Assembly: GCA_965206595.1 (NCBI GenBank)
Contig: OZ242214.1
Coordinates: 3,424,001-3,488,000, forward strand
Reading direction: 5' to 3'
From: Candidatus Latescibacterota bacterium
GTDB taxonomy: Bacteria > Latescibacterota > UBA2968 > UBA8231
DNA: 64,000 bases
Shown here: positions 51,928 to 61,981 of the stretch, piece after piece
Layout of the letters: the number at the start of each line of letters is the position of its first letter
Position numbering within the stretch: the first letter of the stretch is position 1
The notes under the pieces: model-generated
What the model was told of the DNA's origin: nothing
The model's input: the letters and a program-made list of their open reading frames with translations, nothing else
Database searches by the model: none
Position numbers and translations under genes: made by a program

Positions 51928-53559
51928 TTACCCCATATCCAGCTCCACCTTCTCGATGCTGATCCCCTCGCCACCTTCCTCGAGCCTCACCGTCAGCAGG
52001 TTCTCCCCGCTCGCCAGCACCACGCCGGCCACCGGGTAGACCAGCCAGCCCTCTTCGACCGCGGCCAGGCGCAGGCGGATGTTGTTGAAGCGGACCTCCA
52101 GGCGTTCGGCGGTCCCCCTCGCCATCGCAACGGTGTAGAGGCCGTCGCCCCAGACGTAGGGATTCCGCCGGATCAGCCCGCTGCCCACTCGCTCCTCCTC
52201 GGGGCCGTCCTCGGCTTCGTCCGATGCCAGCAGGCGCAGCCGCGCCTCGCAGCTCCCGAGACTGTCGGCGGATTCCCCGACGTACAGCCTGAAGTACGTC
52301 GCTCCTCTGCCATGCTGCCCCAGCCGCGCCGGCAGCGGAGCCAGGGCATTGGCATTCTGGAACGCGTGGGTGACCGTGATCCCGTCCTCAGGGTAGCCGA
52401 ACTCCCACGGAGCCCCGCCGGAACGCCGCTGCAGAGCGCAGGTCTTTTTCTTTCCGGACAGCTTCCCCGGATCATCCGCCTCCGACAGGAAGGTCCGGTT
52501 CGCGTCCCAGTCCTGCAGGTGGCAGGGGCTCACCGGTTTCGGCCGCAGTCCGGCCGCTTCCACGGCGCGCTCGTCCGAGCACCGGAAGTTGAAAACGGCG
52601 ATGCCGTCGGCCCCCTGGCGCCACCACTTCGCGGCCAGTCCGCGCAGGACGGGCAGCGGCGTGCACTTGTACCCGTCCGACGAATGGTGGTTGTCGTGGC
52701 ACGGGTAGACCTTCACCCGTTCCGAACCGGGGAGCCGCTTGAAAGCGGCGATGTCGACGTCGAACGAGCGCGCCCCCGCGATCAGCAGATCGACCAGCCC
52801 TTCCCGCACCCAGGTCTCGATGTCGATGCCGTCGAAGCGGCAGCCCTCGACGTTCTCGGCGACGCGCGCCGCCAGCAGCAACGGCCGCCCCCGTTCCCGC
52901 GCCCGCCGCTGCATCATCCCGCGCACTTCGCGCATGAACCGGGTGAGTTCGCCCCGCAGCTCCCACTGGTGACCGACCCGCAGGAAAGGGGCGCCCCGGG
53001 CGAAATCGAGCTGCAGCCCGTCGACGTCGTAGCGGGCCAGCTCGCCCAGCACCCCGAGCTGGAAGGCGCGCACCTCGGGATTGGCGTAGTCGAGCTTTTT
53101 CATGCTGACCTCGCCGTCCAGTCTCGGCAGCTCGAGCCGCGGCGGTTTCTCCTGGTCCTCCTCGAAATCGACGAGCCACTCCCTGCTGCCGCGCACCGGC
53201 GCCGTGTCGTAGTTGGGATCCTGGCCGGCGTTGACGCGGAACGACAGGAACACCTCCAGCCCGCGCTGACGCGACAGGGACACCACGTGCGGCAGGAAGT
53301 CGTTGCCGGCGTCGAGCCACTCCTTCAGGCCCGGGTAGTGGGGCAGGAATCTGCTCGGGTAGCAGGCCATGGCCCCGTCGACGTCCCACATCACCGAGTC
53401 GAAGCGGAACTCCTCCCACCGGGTGAAGTCGAGCACCACCTCGGCGTACTCCCGCGGCGGCAGCAGCGAGGGCCGGAAGTTGAAGAATCCCGGGTCGTTG
53501 TGGTTCAGCAGCCGGCGCGGGCGGGCAACGCAGTTCTCGTGCTTTTTTTCCAGGTTCAT
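51928..53559 (-). CDS. Glycoside-hydrolase-like (GHL10-type) TIM-barrel protein
   Basis: 'LSFRVN', 'LDYANPEVR', 'YDVDGLQLDF', 'W.REGLVD.L', 'GADGIAVFNF'. Confidence 0.72.
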   Translation of the reverse strand: MNLEKKHENCVARPRRLLNHNDPGFFNFRPSLLPPREYAEVVLDFTRWEEFRFDSVMWDVDGAMACYPSRFLPHYPGLKEWLDAGNDFLPHVVSLSRQRGLEVFLSFRVNAGQDPNYDTAPVRGSREWLVDFEEDQEKPPRLELPRLDGEVSMKKLDYANPEVRAFQLGVLGELARYDVDGLQLDFARGAPFLRVGHQWELRGELTRFMREVRGMMQRRARERGRPLLLAARVAENVEGCRFDGIDIETWVREGLVDLLIAGARSFDVDIAAFKRLPGSERVKVYPCHDNHHSSDGYKCTPLPVLRGLAAKWWRQGADGIAVFNFRCSDERAVEAAGLRPKPVSPCHLQDWDANRTFLSEADDPGKLSGKKKTCALQRRSGGAPWEFGYPEDGITVTHAFQNANALAPLPARLGQHGRGATYFRLYVGESADSLGSCEARLRLLASDEAEDGPEEERVGSGLIRRNPYVWGDGLYTVAMARGTAERLEVRFNNIRLRLAAVEEGWLVYPVAGVVLASGENLLTVRLEEGGEGISIEKVELDMG

Positions 53560-53608
53560 CTTTTCTGTCAGTTCAGTTTTTCCAGGTTCATCTTTTCTGT
53601 CAGTTCAG
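53545..53608. repeat. Perfect 32-bp tandem duplication spanning the start codon
   Basis: TTTTTCCAGGTTCATCTTTTCTGTCAGTTCAG x2. Confidence 0.95.
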
Positions 53609-54080
53609 ATTGTTTTTTGGTATTCCGTCTACAGTCGAACCATTCGCCCGATCGCACAATCGGCTTTGCCTGTGGAGGACGGCGAGTGGAGCCGGGAAGA
53701 TATCGATGCCGATGGTACCGTACAGTGACGGTGCGCCCCCCCACGGGATTTGTACATTGTCCGCTTCTTTCGAATTCAGACGCAACCAGAGTCGAGCCGG
53801 ACACCGTGCCGCGATGGGGGAACTTGGGCGCTCGCCAAAATTTCTCTTGCCTTGCTTTTTTTTTTTGGCTTATCTCTCTGGAAGAAAGACAGAGAGTTGC
53901 GGGGGTCGAAGCAGTCCCCCCCGGGCTTCATGCACGAGCGGGATTGACAGCTCGTGCGCCATTAATGGAGGTCTTAGGCAGGAAAGGAGATGGAAACGGC
54001 AAGGCGCGCGTCGCTGCCCCGTGTGCAGCGAGAGTAGTTCCGACTCGTTAACCCAATCTCAACTGAAGAAAGCAGGAAAA

Positions 54081-54362
54081 ATGAAAGATCCCATCTTGCC
54101 GTTGCCGCAGCTCAAGATGGCGGCGTTCATCATCACCTTGGCGGTTTTGGGGGTGTTCTCCTTCACCTCGTTCACGGAGGCGGAGACTCCGGACATCGGG
54201 CCGTACGCGGCCCTCGACTCGTTGCTGGAGGCTCCTGAGGCAGCCGCTAACTGCCCTTTCGAGATTTGCACTTCAGGGTTGGATAACCCTGACTGGTGCC
54301 TTGAAAGGGCAGGGGCAGGGTTGTCCCTGCCCTTTCTGTATGCCAGGAGATGGGAATATTAA
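54081..54362 (+). CDS. Small secreted Cys-containing peptide (possibly truncated)
   Basis: AGGA RBS; signal-like hydrophobic stretch ending 'TEA'; 'NCPFEIC'; the C-terminus runs through a hairpin. Confidence 0.4.
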   Translation: MKDPILPLPQLKMAAFIITLAVLGVFSFTSFTEAETPDIGPYAALDSLLEAPEAAANCPFEICTSGLDNPDWCLERAGAGLSLPFLYARRWEY

Positions 54363-54405
54363 AGTAATGAAAACAATTGAGATTACATGGCTTCTAGTAC
54401 CAGCC
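54273..54405 (+). repeat. Structured intergenic module, copy 1 (hairpin + RBS + first 13 codons of the next gene)
   Basis: Aligns with 58755-58903; stem GAAAGGGCAGGG/CCCTGCCCTTTC. Confidence 0.85.
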
Positions 54406-55332
54406 TTGACTTTGTGCGAACCCTTGTCGGTGCACGGACATCAGGGGGACCGGGTCTATCCCATTCTCGAGATAACCGAGGAGTCCAGGATCGACCTCCA
54501 AGACGGGATAGTGGATGACTGGGGTGAGCTCCTCGGAGAGCCAACATTCACGGCCCTCGATTTCACAGCCTTCGAGTCGTTTCACCCTGAGGATGCTGCA
54601 TTAAATGCCTACGATCCCTCCAACCTTGATTTTCGGATCTGGCTGGGCTGGGGCCGCAACCCAGCGCGCCTGTATGTTGCCGGCATCTTCAGCGACGACG
54701 TTTTCGTAGGCCCTGACTCCGAGGACGGTAGCATGGCAATCGGTGGCCGTCAGGATCACATGTTCCTTCTGGTTGACGGAGACCATGATGGAGCCCCTTC
54801 CGTCGACCCTGATAGGCGCACTTGGGGTTTGGACGACGACTCGGGGATATATGATATGTATGCGCAATGGTACCACGCCTTCTCGATCCCACCTGACGGG
54901 AAGCATGTATCAATCCGGTGGTTTGAGATCGTTTGGGAAGATGACCCTCCGTGGTGGGGTTACCCTCCGTACGGGGACGGCGGCGGGTCGGTTTCGGGGG
55001 AGAATCCGGTGTTCTGGGTCGTTGAATTCTACGTCACTCCTTTTGATATGCTGATCCGCAAGGAGCCTGAAAACAGCGTGGTTTCGGACCTGTTTCCTGG
55101 CAAAATCATAGGGTTTCAATTGCAGGTTTGGGACTTTGATGATCCTGAGTCGCGCCGCTCGGATTATGGCGCGGCTGATTGGTACACCTTGGGAGATTAT
55201 TCGGGCCTGACTCTTAAAGACGCGGGCAGAGACGCGGATACATGGATGGATGGTATTCTGATCGGAGGCGACCCGGGCTCCGTCGTAATAACGGATTCCT
55301 GGGCCTTGATCAAGGCGTCATTGCTGGACTGA
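54367..55332 (+). CDS. Secreted CBM9-like/sugar-binding-domain protein with 'SW.LIK' tail
   Basis: Signal peptide; 'IDLQDGIVDDW', 'DFRIWLGW', 'LLVDGDHDG', 'GKIIGF...DFD'; ends 'VITDSWALIKASL'. Confidence 0.7.
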   Translation: MKTIEITWLLVPALTLCEPLSVHGHQGDRVYPILEITEESRIDLQDGIVDDWGELLGEPTFTALDFTAFESFHPEDAALNAYDPSNLDFRIWLGWGRNPARLYVAGIFSDDVFVGPDSEDGSMAIGGRQDHMFLLVDGDHDGAPSVDPDRRTWGLDDDSGIYDMYAQWYHAFSIPPDGKHVSIRWFEIVWEDDPPWWGYPPYGDGGGSVSGENPVFWVVEFYVTPFDMLIRKEPENSVVSDLFPGKIIGFQLQVWDFDDPESRRSDYGAADWYTLGDYSGLTLKDAGRDADTWMDGILIGGDPGSVVITDSWALIKASLLD

Positions 55333-55380
55333 CCCTCTCGGTTTTCTGAAATACCTTTATCCTTCAGGTGCAATGAGTAC

Positions 55381-55938
55381 GTGGCAGAAAAAAGCCAGTG
55401 GACCATAGGTCGTTTCAACCCCTTCGGGGCAGGGTCTGTACTTTCAATCCTCGTGTGCGCATCTTGTCAGGATTTTGGTGTTCCTGATGCCGAGCCACCC
55501 GCAGCCGCAATTAAAGCACCGGACTTTACCCTTGCCACCATCACCGGCGATTCCCTCATGCTTTCCGCACATGAGGGAAAGGTCTTGCTTCTCAATTTCT
55601 GGGGTACCTGGTGCGAACCCTGCCGGCATGAGCAGCCGATCCTCAACGATCTTTACGCTCGGTACCAGGGACGCGGTCTGGAGGTGTGGGGGATAGCCGT
55701 GTCGTCAACCCGTCTCTCGGTGGAGCTGTGGATCGAGAACCTCGGAGTTCCGTACCCGATCCTGATGCCCGCCATCGGCGACTCCACCCTTTTAGGTCGA
55801 TATGGGGTTGACAAGGGGATTCCTCTGTCGGTCCTCGTGGACGGGAACGGCGAAGTCCACTTGGAGCAACGCGGCGTGGTGACCGCGGCGGACAGCCTGT
55901 CCGCGGTGATCGAAACTCTTCTCGGACCTTCCCGGTAA
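55381..55938 (+). CDS. TlpA/ResA-family thiol-disulfide oxidoreductase
   Basis: 'APDFTL', 'GKVLLLNFWGTWCEPC'. Confidence 0.88.
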   Translation: MAEKSQWTIGRFNPFGAGSVLSILVCASCQDFGVPDAEPPAAAIKAPDFTLATITGDSLMLSAHEGKVLLLNFWGTWCEPCRHEQPILNDLYARYQGRGLEVWGIAVSSTRLSVELWIENLGVPYPILMPAIGDSTLLGRYGVDKGIPLSVLVDGNGEVHLEQRGVVTAADSLSAVIETLLGPSR

Positions 55939-55955
55939 GCAGGGAGAAAGCCGGC

Positions 55956-58712
55956 ATGGCACTGCATCTCCTTTTCCCGATGGCCGCCTTGCTTTTCTCC
56001 GCTTGCTCGGACCCGGGCCTGCGGCTCGCGTACGATGTCCGGGTAGAATCTGCTGATACGGAGTGGATAGCAGTCGGGTTGCGGATCGATGGAATCGATG
56101 CTGAATCCCTGTCCTTGCAGGCATTTGAGCCCGAGCAGTTCATCGGCGTTACCGGGCTGCAAATAAGCGATTCCAAAGGAAGCCCCGTTCCTCCTACCAA
56201 GGAGGTCCCGCGTCCTGGCCGTGCGAGTTATCGCGTACATGTAGCCGGCTCGAGCGAAATTCGCGTCGAGTACAAGGTGCGGCCGGGGCGGCCGGTCGGC
56301 GGCGGGCACGGCCGCCATCCCAAGATGGTCAGCGGGTACCTCGGAGAGGATTTTCACCTCGTATCCGGTCGCAACCTGTTCCTGGTGCCCCAGGGGTGGC
56401 TCGAACACGTGACCGTCTCGGTCCGGTCGCCGGAAGGTTGGGCGGTCGAAACTACCTGGAACGAGGTAGAAGGCGAAGCAGGCACGTACGAGCCGCGTCT
56501 GTACGGCACCGGCAGGGAGGACCTGGTCAACGGCGCGGTCGCAATGGGTGCCTTGACGGCGCGCGATTCGACGATCGGGGCGGCTCCCGTGCGGGTGGTG
56601 ATGTACGACCGGTGGTCGAGCGCGCGGCAGGAGGAGTTGGCCGGGAAGGTGTGGAGCCTTTACGAGTACATGACGAAGGCCATGCAGGCGCCGGTCCCGG
56701 AACCGTACACGGTCATACTGACGCCCAAGACCGCGGATGGCATGAACATCCACATGCCGGGCACGTCTCACGGACAGGCAATGGAAATGGAGCCGGCCAC
56801 AGCGGGGAGATGGCTCTCCGTGGCCACCCGGATCGCCTACCGGTGGCTGCGCTACGCCCCCCACCGCATGGAACTGGCGCAGGCATCCGATTTGTGGTTC
56901 GTGGAAGGGGCGAGCGCGTACCTGGGCCTTCAGGGCCTGCTCGAGAACGGGATCATTTCCGATCTGGAGCCGTACCTGTATGAAGCGTACAGGAATCACA
57001 ACCGGTTCCGGTTGTCCCACTTCAGCAAGGGCATTGTCCCGACGACCTACTATGCACAGGGCAAGGTCGATCAGGCTCTCGTCAGTTACAGCGGGTTTGC
57101 CCTCGCCCACTACCTCGACGCGCAGATCTCCAGGACCACGGATGGGGAACAGGATCTGCAGGACGTTCTGGAGCGCGCCTACCGGCAACGGAAGGCAGTC
57201 GATCTGGGGAGCGTGACAGAGACGGTCGCCGGCGCCGATCTCCTGTCCGCGCTGTACGAGCACACCAACCCCGACCCTGGGTCAGTTCCTCCCGAACCTC
57301 TCTGGCACTCGGACGGTCCTGCCCCCGGAGATCAACCGCCACAACTGCCATGGTCGCGGTCCGAGAAAACCGCGGTAGACACGATCACCCTGATCGTGAC
57401 CGGAAAGACGAGGAGCTTTCTCGAAGCCTGCGGCTGCAAGTCCGAGATGTCGGGCGGCATCACTCGCCGCGCCACCCTCATCGACCAGATCAGAAAGAGG
57501 CGCGGGAGCGTGGCCGTCATCGATGCCGGAAACGCCTTTCCCTACGAACAGGACGTGCCGGCAATGGATGACCTGACGGCAAGTGAACTAGCGACTTACC
57601 TAGAAGCGCTGAGGCGGATGGAGTACGGCTTCTCCGTCATCGCGCGAAACGAGACCTATTACGGCAGCGAGTTTCTTCGGACCCAGGCTCGGTATAGCCC
57701 GGTGCCGCTGATAAACGCCAATGTCCATCACGGGGATTCCCTCGTAGGGGCGCCGACGTACGCCATCGAGGCGGGGCCGTACACGATCGGTTTCATAGGG
57801 CTGCTGCAACCGACGGCGATCATCGAACCCACGCGTTATGAAGACAACACCCACGACCTCCATATCGCCGATCCAAAGCAGGCGGTGCGGACCTACCTGC
57901 CCGGGCTGAGAGAACAGGCGGACTTTGTCGGGGTCATCGGCGAGCTGAATACCGGCCTCGTCCATGACTTGGTGCAGGAGTTCCCGGCCCTGGACCTGAT
58001 AATCACTACGGGGCACTACGCTCCCGCCCTCGACATGGTAGGGGCCGACGGGCAAGTAGGTCCAAGGAAGCAGACTGAATCGATGTACGGGTTCCTCGAC
58101 GACGTGCTGGTCATCTACGCGAACGCCGACGTGTACGGCCTGCATACCGTCGACATCGGGATAGATGAGACCGGCCGCTTCACCTCCTTCGAGGGCAACT
58201 ACCTGCTGGCGTTGTACCAGATGCGCGAAGACCCGGACATGAAAGCCTACCTCGATTCCTACTACCGGTCCGTGGCCGAGCAGGAGGAGCTGCTGGAAGG
58301 AAACATCCCGCCGCTCTTCGAGTGGGACCCCGTTCACGACGACAGGAAGTACGTCGGGACGCAGGAATGCCGTACCTGCCACTCGGCGCAGTGGGAGCAG
58401 TGGCAGACGACCCGGCACGCCGGGGCCTATACGACCCTGCTTGACGCGCACCGCCACCAGTTTTCCAAGTGCGTGAAATGCCACGTGGCCGGGCTGAACC
58501 GCGACAGCGGGTTCTCGATTCTCGAACCGGACCGAAGCCTGGCCAACGTGCAGTGCGAGGTCTGCCACGGCCCTGGAAGCATCCACGTCGAGCGTCCTTC
58601 CAGCGAGACCGTCCGGCGCCTCCCGTCGGAAAAAAACCTGCCTGGAGTGTCACAACAGCGATCATGACGACGACTTCGTGTACGAGCGGGATTATCAGCT
58701 CGTGCAGCATTG
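55956..58712 (+). CDS. Lipoprotein fusion: M61-peptidase-like + UshA/5'-nucleotidase-like + c554-type multiheme cytochrome; last heme motif out of frame
   Basis: Lipobox 'FSAC'; 'WFVEGASAY'; 'LEACGC...GGITRRAT', 'IDAGN'; CRTCH, CVKCH, CEVCH in frame; CLECH...VQH* (stop 58710-58712) after a +1 shift in an A7 run at 58630-58636. Confidence 0.75.
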
Positions 58713-58754
58713 ATGTAGGTAGATTCCCGGACAGGGGAAAGGCGGCCAATATCG

Positions 58755-58906
58755 TCAGGGTTGGATAGCGATCCTTCGCTGGATCTCTTCTGACTGACTT
58801 GGTGCCTTGAAAGAGCAGGGGTATACTGCCCCTGCTCTTTCTGTATGGCAGGAGATGGGAATAAATGAAAGCAATGGAGAATACATGGCTTCTGGTACCG
58901 GCATGA
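58755..58906 (+). repeat. Structured intergenic module, copy 2, with mini-ORF MKAMENTWLLVPA*
   Basis: Stem GAAAGAGCAGGGG/CCCCTGCTCTTTC; mini-ORF 58865-58906 resembles MKTIEITWLLVPA at 54367. Confidence 0.85.
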
Positions 58907-59982
58907 AAATCACGAAGATCGAACGGATCGATATCGACATGCCCTACCAGGAGCAGATCGTCGAGCACCTGCGCAAAGGCTGGGGCCTCGGCAACCGGGC
59001 AACCGACGAGGAGTTCGCGGAGGAGCGGGAGCGCTTCGAACAGGAATTCCGCGAAAGCGTGCCCCCGCGGGTTCGAACCGCGCTTTACCTCGTCAACACC
59101 GACAACGGCCTGACCGGACTCGGGGAAGGGGCGGCCCTGGAGGCAGATCAGCTCGCCGGGTACGAGGGCCGTTCCCCCTTCGAGTACATCAACGACGATG
59201 GCCCCGGACCGCTGCAGATTGCCTTCTACGACCTCATGGGGCAGGCGGTCGGGCTTCCCCTGGCCCGTCTCCTCGGACCGGCGCGCGACACCGCCCCGCT
59301 GGCCTGGTGGTCTCACTGCTTCCCCCCCGACGTCCTGCAGGCGGAGGCTGTGCGCGCCCTGGCCTGCGGTTACCGCGTGCACAAGTTCAAGCGCCGCGCC
59401 CACACCGACGTCGTCGAGCAGGTCGCCGCCATCGCCGGGGTGGCGCCCGCCGACTACGAGATCACCGTCGACGCCAACCAGACCTTCGGCACCCTCGAGC
59501 GCGCCCTCGACATCGGGGGCCGGCTGCGGCGCTTTCCGCAGGTCCACTGCCTCGAGTCGCCGATCGACCAGGGAGATATCGACGGGTACCGCCGGCTCAA
59601 GGCGGAGTTAGGGTTCAAGCTCGCCCACCACATGGGCTCCCCCGAGGCGGTCGAGGCCCTGCACTCCGGGGCCTACGACTACTTCATCATCGGCGCCCGG
59701 GTGGCGGCGACGCAGCGCGACGCCCATATCTGCGAGGCCCGCGACAAGCCGTTCTGGATGCAGCTCGGAAACGACGGCACCGGCGTTTCGACGCTGTTCA
59801 TGCTGCACCTGGCCGCGGCGATTCCCAACGCCGTTCTCGGGCACGTGTCGATGCAGCACCTGCACGAGGCCTCCATCCTGAACGAAGAGATCGCCGTCAG
59901 GGACGGACAGGTGGCGATTCCCGCAACCCCGGGACTCGGCGCCACCCTCGACATGGAGGTCGTCGAGCGCTACCGGGTGTGA
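58903..59982 (+). CDS. Mandelate racemase/muconate lactonizing (enolase superfamily) enzyme
   Basis: 'MKITKIE', 'TDNGLTGLGE', KxK 'HKFK', 'VDANQ', 'ESP', 'PGLG'. Confidence 0.87.
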   Translation: MKITKIERIDIDMPYQEQIVEHLRKGWGLGNRATDEEFAEERERFEQEFRESVPPRVRTALYLVNTDNGLTGLGEGAALEADQLAGYEGRSPFEYINDDGPGPLQIAFYDLMGQAVGLPLARLLGPARDTAPLAWWSHCFPPDVLQAEAVRALACGYRVHKFKRRAHTDVVEQVAAIAGVAPADYEITVDANQTFGTLERALDIGGRLRRFPQVHCLESPIDQGDIDGYRRLKAELGFKLAHHMGSPEAVEALHSGAYDYFIIGARVAATQRDAHICEARDKPFWMQLGNDGTGVSTLFMLHLAAAIPNAVLGHVSMQHLHEASILNEEIAVRDGQVAIPATPGLGATLDMEVVERYRV

Positions 59983-60197
59983 TCCACGGTGCGCTGGATC
60001 ATCGGGGGGCGCGGAGGCGGGCCCCGATGATCCGGTTGCGGAAAACCAGGTCGCCGGGGGGCGACTCCGGAAAAAAAACAGAGGCAACCAATCTTCGGCG
60101 CGGTGGCGCCGGCGGTCGGGTACGGGTGCCGGACCCGTCCCGCAAGGAGGAGGCCAAGGCCCGGGGATTGGGCATCATCGAGGAAGTTTCGCTGCGG

Positions 60198-61514
60198 TCA
60201 GCCCGGGTCGCGCAGGTACTCGTGCGGTATGGCCGAGTCGGGCGGCCAGTACCCTTCGCGGGACTGGTGCCAGCGCTTGCCGCACATCTCCGTGAGGATC
60301 GTCCACTCGCCCGGCCCCGGGTCGGGATCGGGGTGGAACAGGAAGCGGTTCGCCCCCGCCGCCCGGGTCGCCCTCAGTATGCCCTCGAGATCGCGTGCCG
60401 GCATGGCGTCGCCGGCATGTGGGGAGCGGCCGGTGGAAACCCAGAAAATGGTCTTGTCGGCGTCGCCGATCGCTTCGAGAGCGCGCCTTGTCTCGTGGTG
60501 GACGAACTCGGTGAAGAACTCTTCGGGGAACCCCATCTCCAGGTCGATCAGGGACCTGACGCCCGGCAGCTCGATGCCGAAGAGGGATTTCATCAGCAGG
60601 AAGGCGTCGTTCTCCGTCAGCGACGGATTCCATTCGACGAACTTCTGCACCCAGCGCTGCACCGTGCCGTAGAGGCCGTCGAAGCCGCGGTGCCAGTAGT
60701 AGTGCTTGGGGAAAATGTAGTCGAACCAGGGGGCCATCTCCCGGTAGTTCTGGCCGGTCAGCGACGACCAGCTGGTGATGCGGGGAATGCCGCCCAGCTC
60801 GACGTAGCGGTCGACCTTGTCGAGGGTTTCGCGGGCCTGCTTCCAGGAGGCCAGGGATGTCGCCTGCCGCGCGCGCAGCCAGTAGAGCCCGTCCTCGTCG
60901 ATGTCGAACAGGATCAGGCCGGCGAAGGTGCCGCCGTCCGCGTGGTAGCGCACCATGTCTGGGGTGAGGTTGCGGAAGCGGTTGCGCAGGCGGGCGATGC
61001 CGCGCTCGAGCCGGTCGACGTCGAACCCCAGGCCGGAGAACTGCCCGCGCTCGCAGTCGCGGATCTCGAAGAGCTCGCCGCCGTGATGCCAGGCGAGCTC
61101 GTAGTGATTCTCGCCGGGCCCGTCGACGATGACTCCCTGCACCTGGGGGTAGCGGTTGACGAGGCTCTGCACGTGCGCCGTGGTGCCGCTGTCGAAGACC
61201 ATGATGTGCCAGCCGCGGGCGCGCGCGTCGTCGAGCATGTCGCTGAGGCCCTTCTCCTTCTCCTGGTCGCGCGGGGCCGGCTCGGGAGGGTCCAGTCCGA
61301 GAGCGGCGCAGGCCTTCGGGTCCTGAGGGAAGGCGGGAACGGTGGTGCCGTCCTCCTGCATGAAGAACATGCGCCCGACGACGATGCCGCGAACGCCCCC
61401 TTCCTCCCAGGCGTCGAAGATCCGCCGGTAGTTGGCCATGTAGCGTTCGAGCGGGTTGAAGACGAAGATCCAGCATTTCATATCGGGAGTTTCGTGATTA
61501 CGGGAACCATCCAT
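60198..61514 (-). CDS. Conserved hypothetical protein
   Basis: Long ORF with strong GC3 coding bias; 'PKHYYWHRGFDG.YGT' block; start uncertain. Confidence 0.7.
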   Translation of the reverse strand: MDGSRNHETPDMKCWIFVFNPLERYMANYRRIFDAWEEGGVRGIVVGRMFFMQEDGTTVPAFPQDPKACAALGLDPPEPAPRDQEKEKGLSDMLDDARARGWHIMVFDSGTTAHVQSLVNRYPQVQGVIVDGPGENHYELAWHHGGELFEIRDCERGQFSGLGFDVDRLERGIARLRNRFRNLTPDMVRYHADGGTFAGLILFDIDEDGLYWLRARQATSLASWKQARETLDKVDRYVELGGIPRITSWSSLTGQNYREMAPWFDYIFPKHYYWHRGFDGLYGTVQRWVQKFVEWNPSLTENDAFLLMKSLFGIELPGVRSLIDLEMGFPEEFFTEFVHHETRRALEAIGDADKTIFWVSTGRSPHAGDAMPARDLEGILRATRAAGANRFLFHPDPDPGPGEWTILTEMCGKRWHQSREGYWPPDSAIPHEYLRDPG

Positions 61515-61981
61515 AGTCACCTCGCTTGCGAAGATCAGGCTCTTCAGGCCACGGTCCGGGGGCGGTCGGGTCCATCCGGCTGGGACGCCGCGGTTCGGCC
61601 GCCCTGCATATTCCAGCCGCTGCCCGCGGTTTGCCGGGCCCCTCATATACTTTCTGCGGCGACACTTATCAACCCTCGGCCTCCTTGCATCCCGTCGAGA
61701 GTTCACACGACTCCCGGGCGAACGGCGCAGGCTCCGACACCTACCGCATGATAACGGCTGCCCGGTTCCGGCCTCGGCGGCCGTACGCTGCGGCTCGGAG
61801 GCGCCCTCCCGGCGCGTCCGGGTAAATTGCCGGGCCGGTGAGCGGACCGGGTTGCTCCGGTGTCGGGAAGGCCGCGGGAAGGGCTATATTGAGGGCACGA
61901 AATCCTTGTCGGAAAGAGCTTTTTTCAGGCGGTGTCCGGTTCGGGCGCATGGTCCATCCGCAAGGCGTTTCGATCCCGCCT

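Noticed and set aside
54273-54360. Cobalamin or other known riboswitch
   Set aside because: Only GGTGC and GGGAA words match; the core consensus is absent
57420-57470. Selenocysteine at the UshA-like CxC motif
   Set aside because: Both codons are TGC; there is no in-frame TGA
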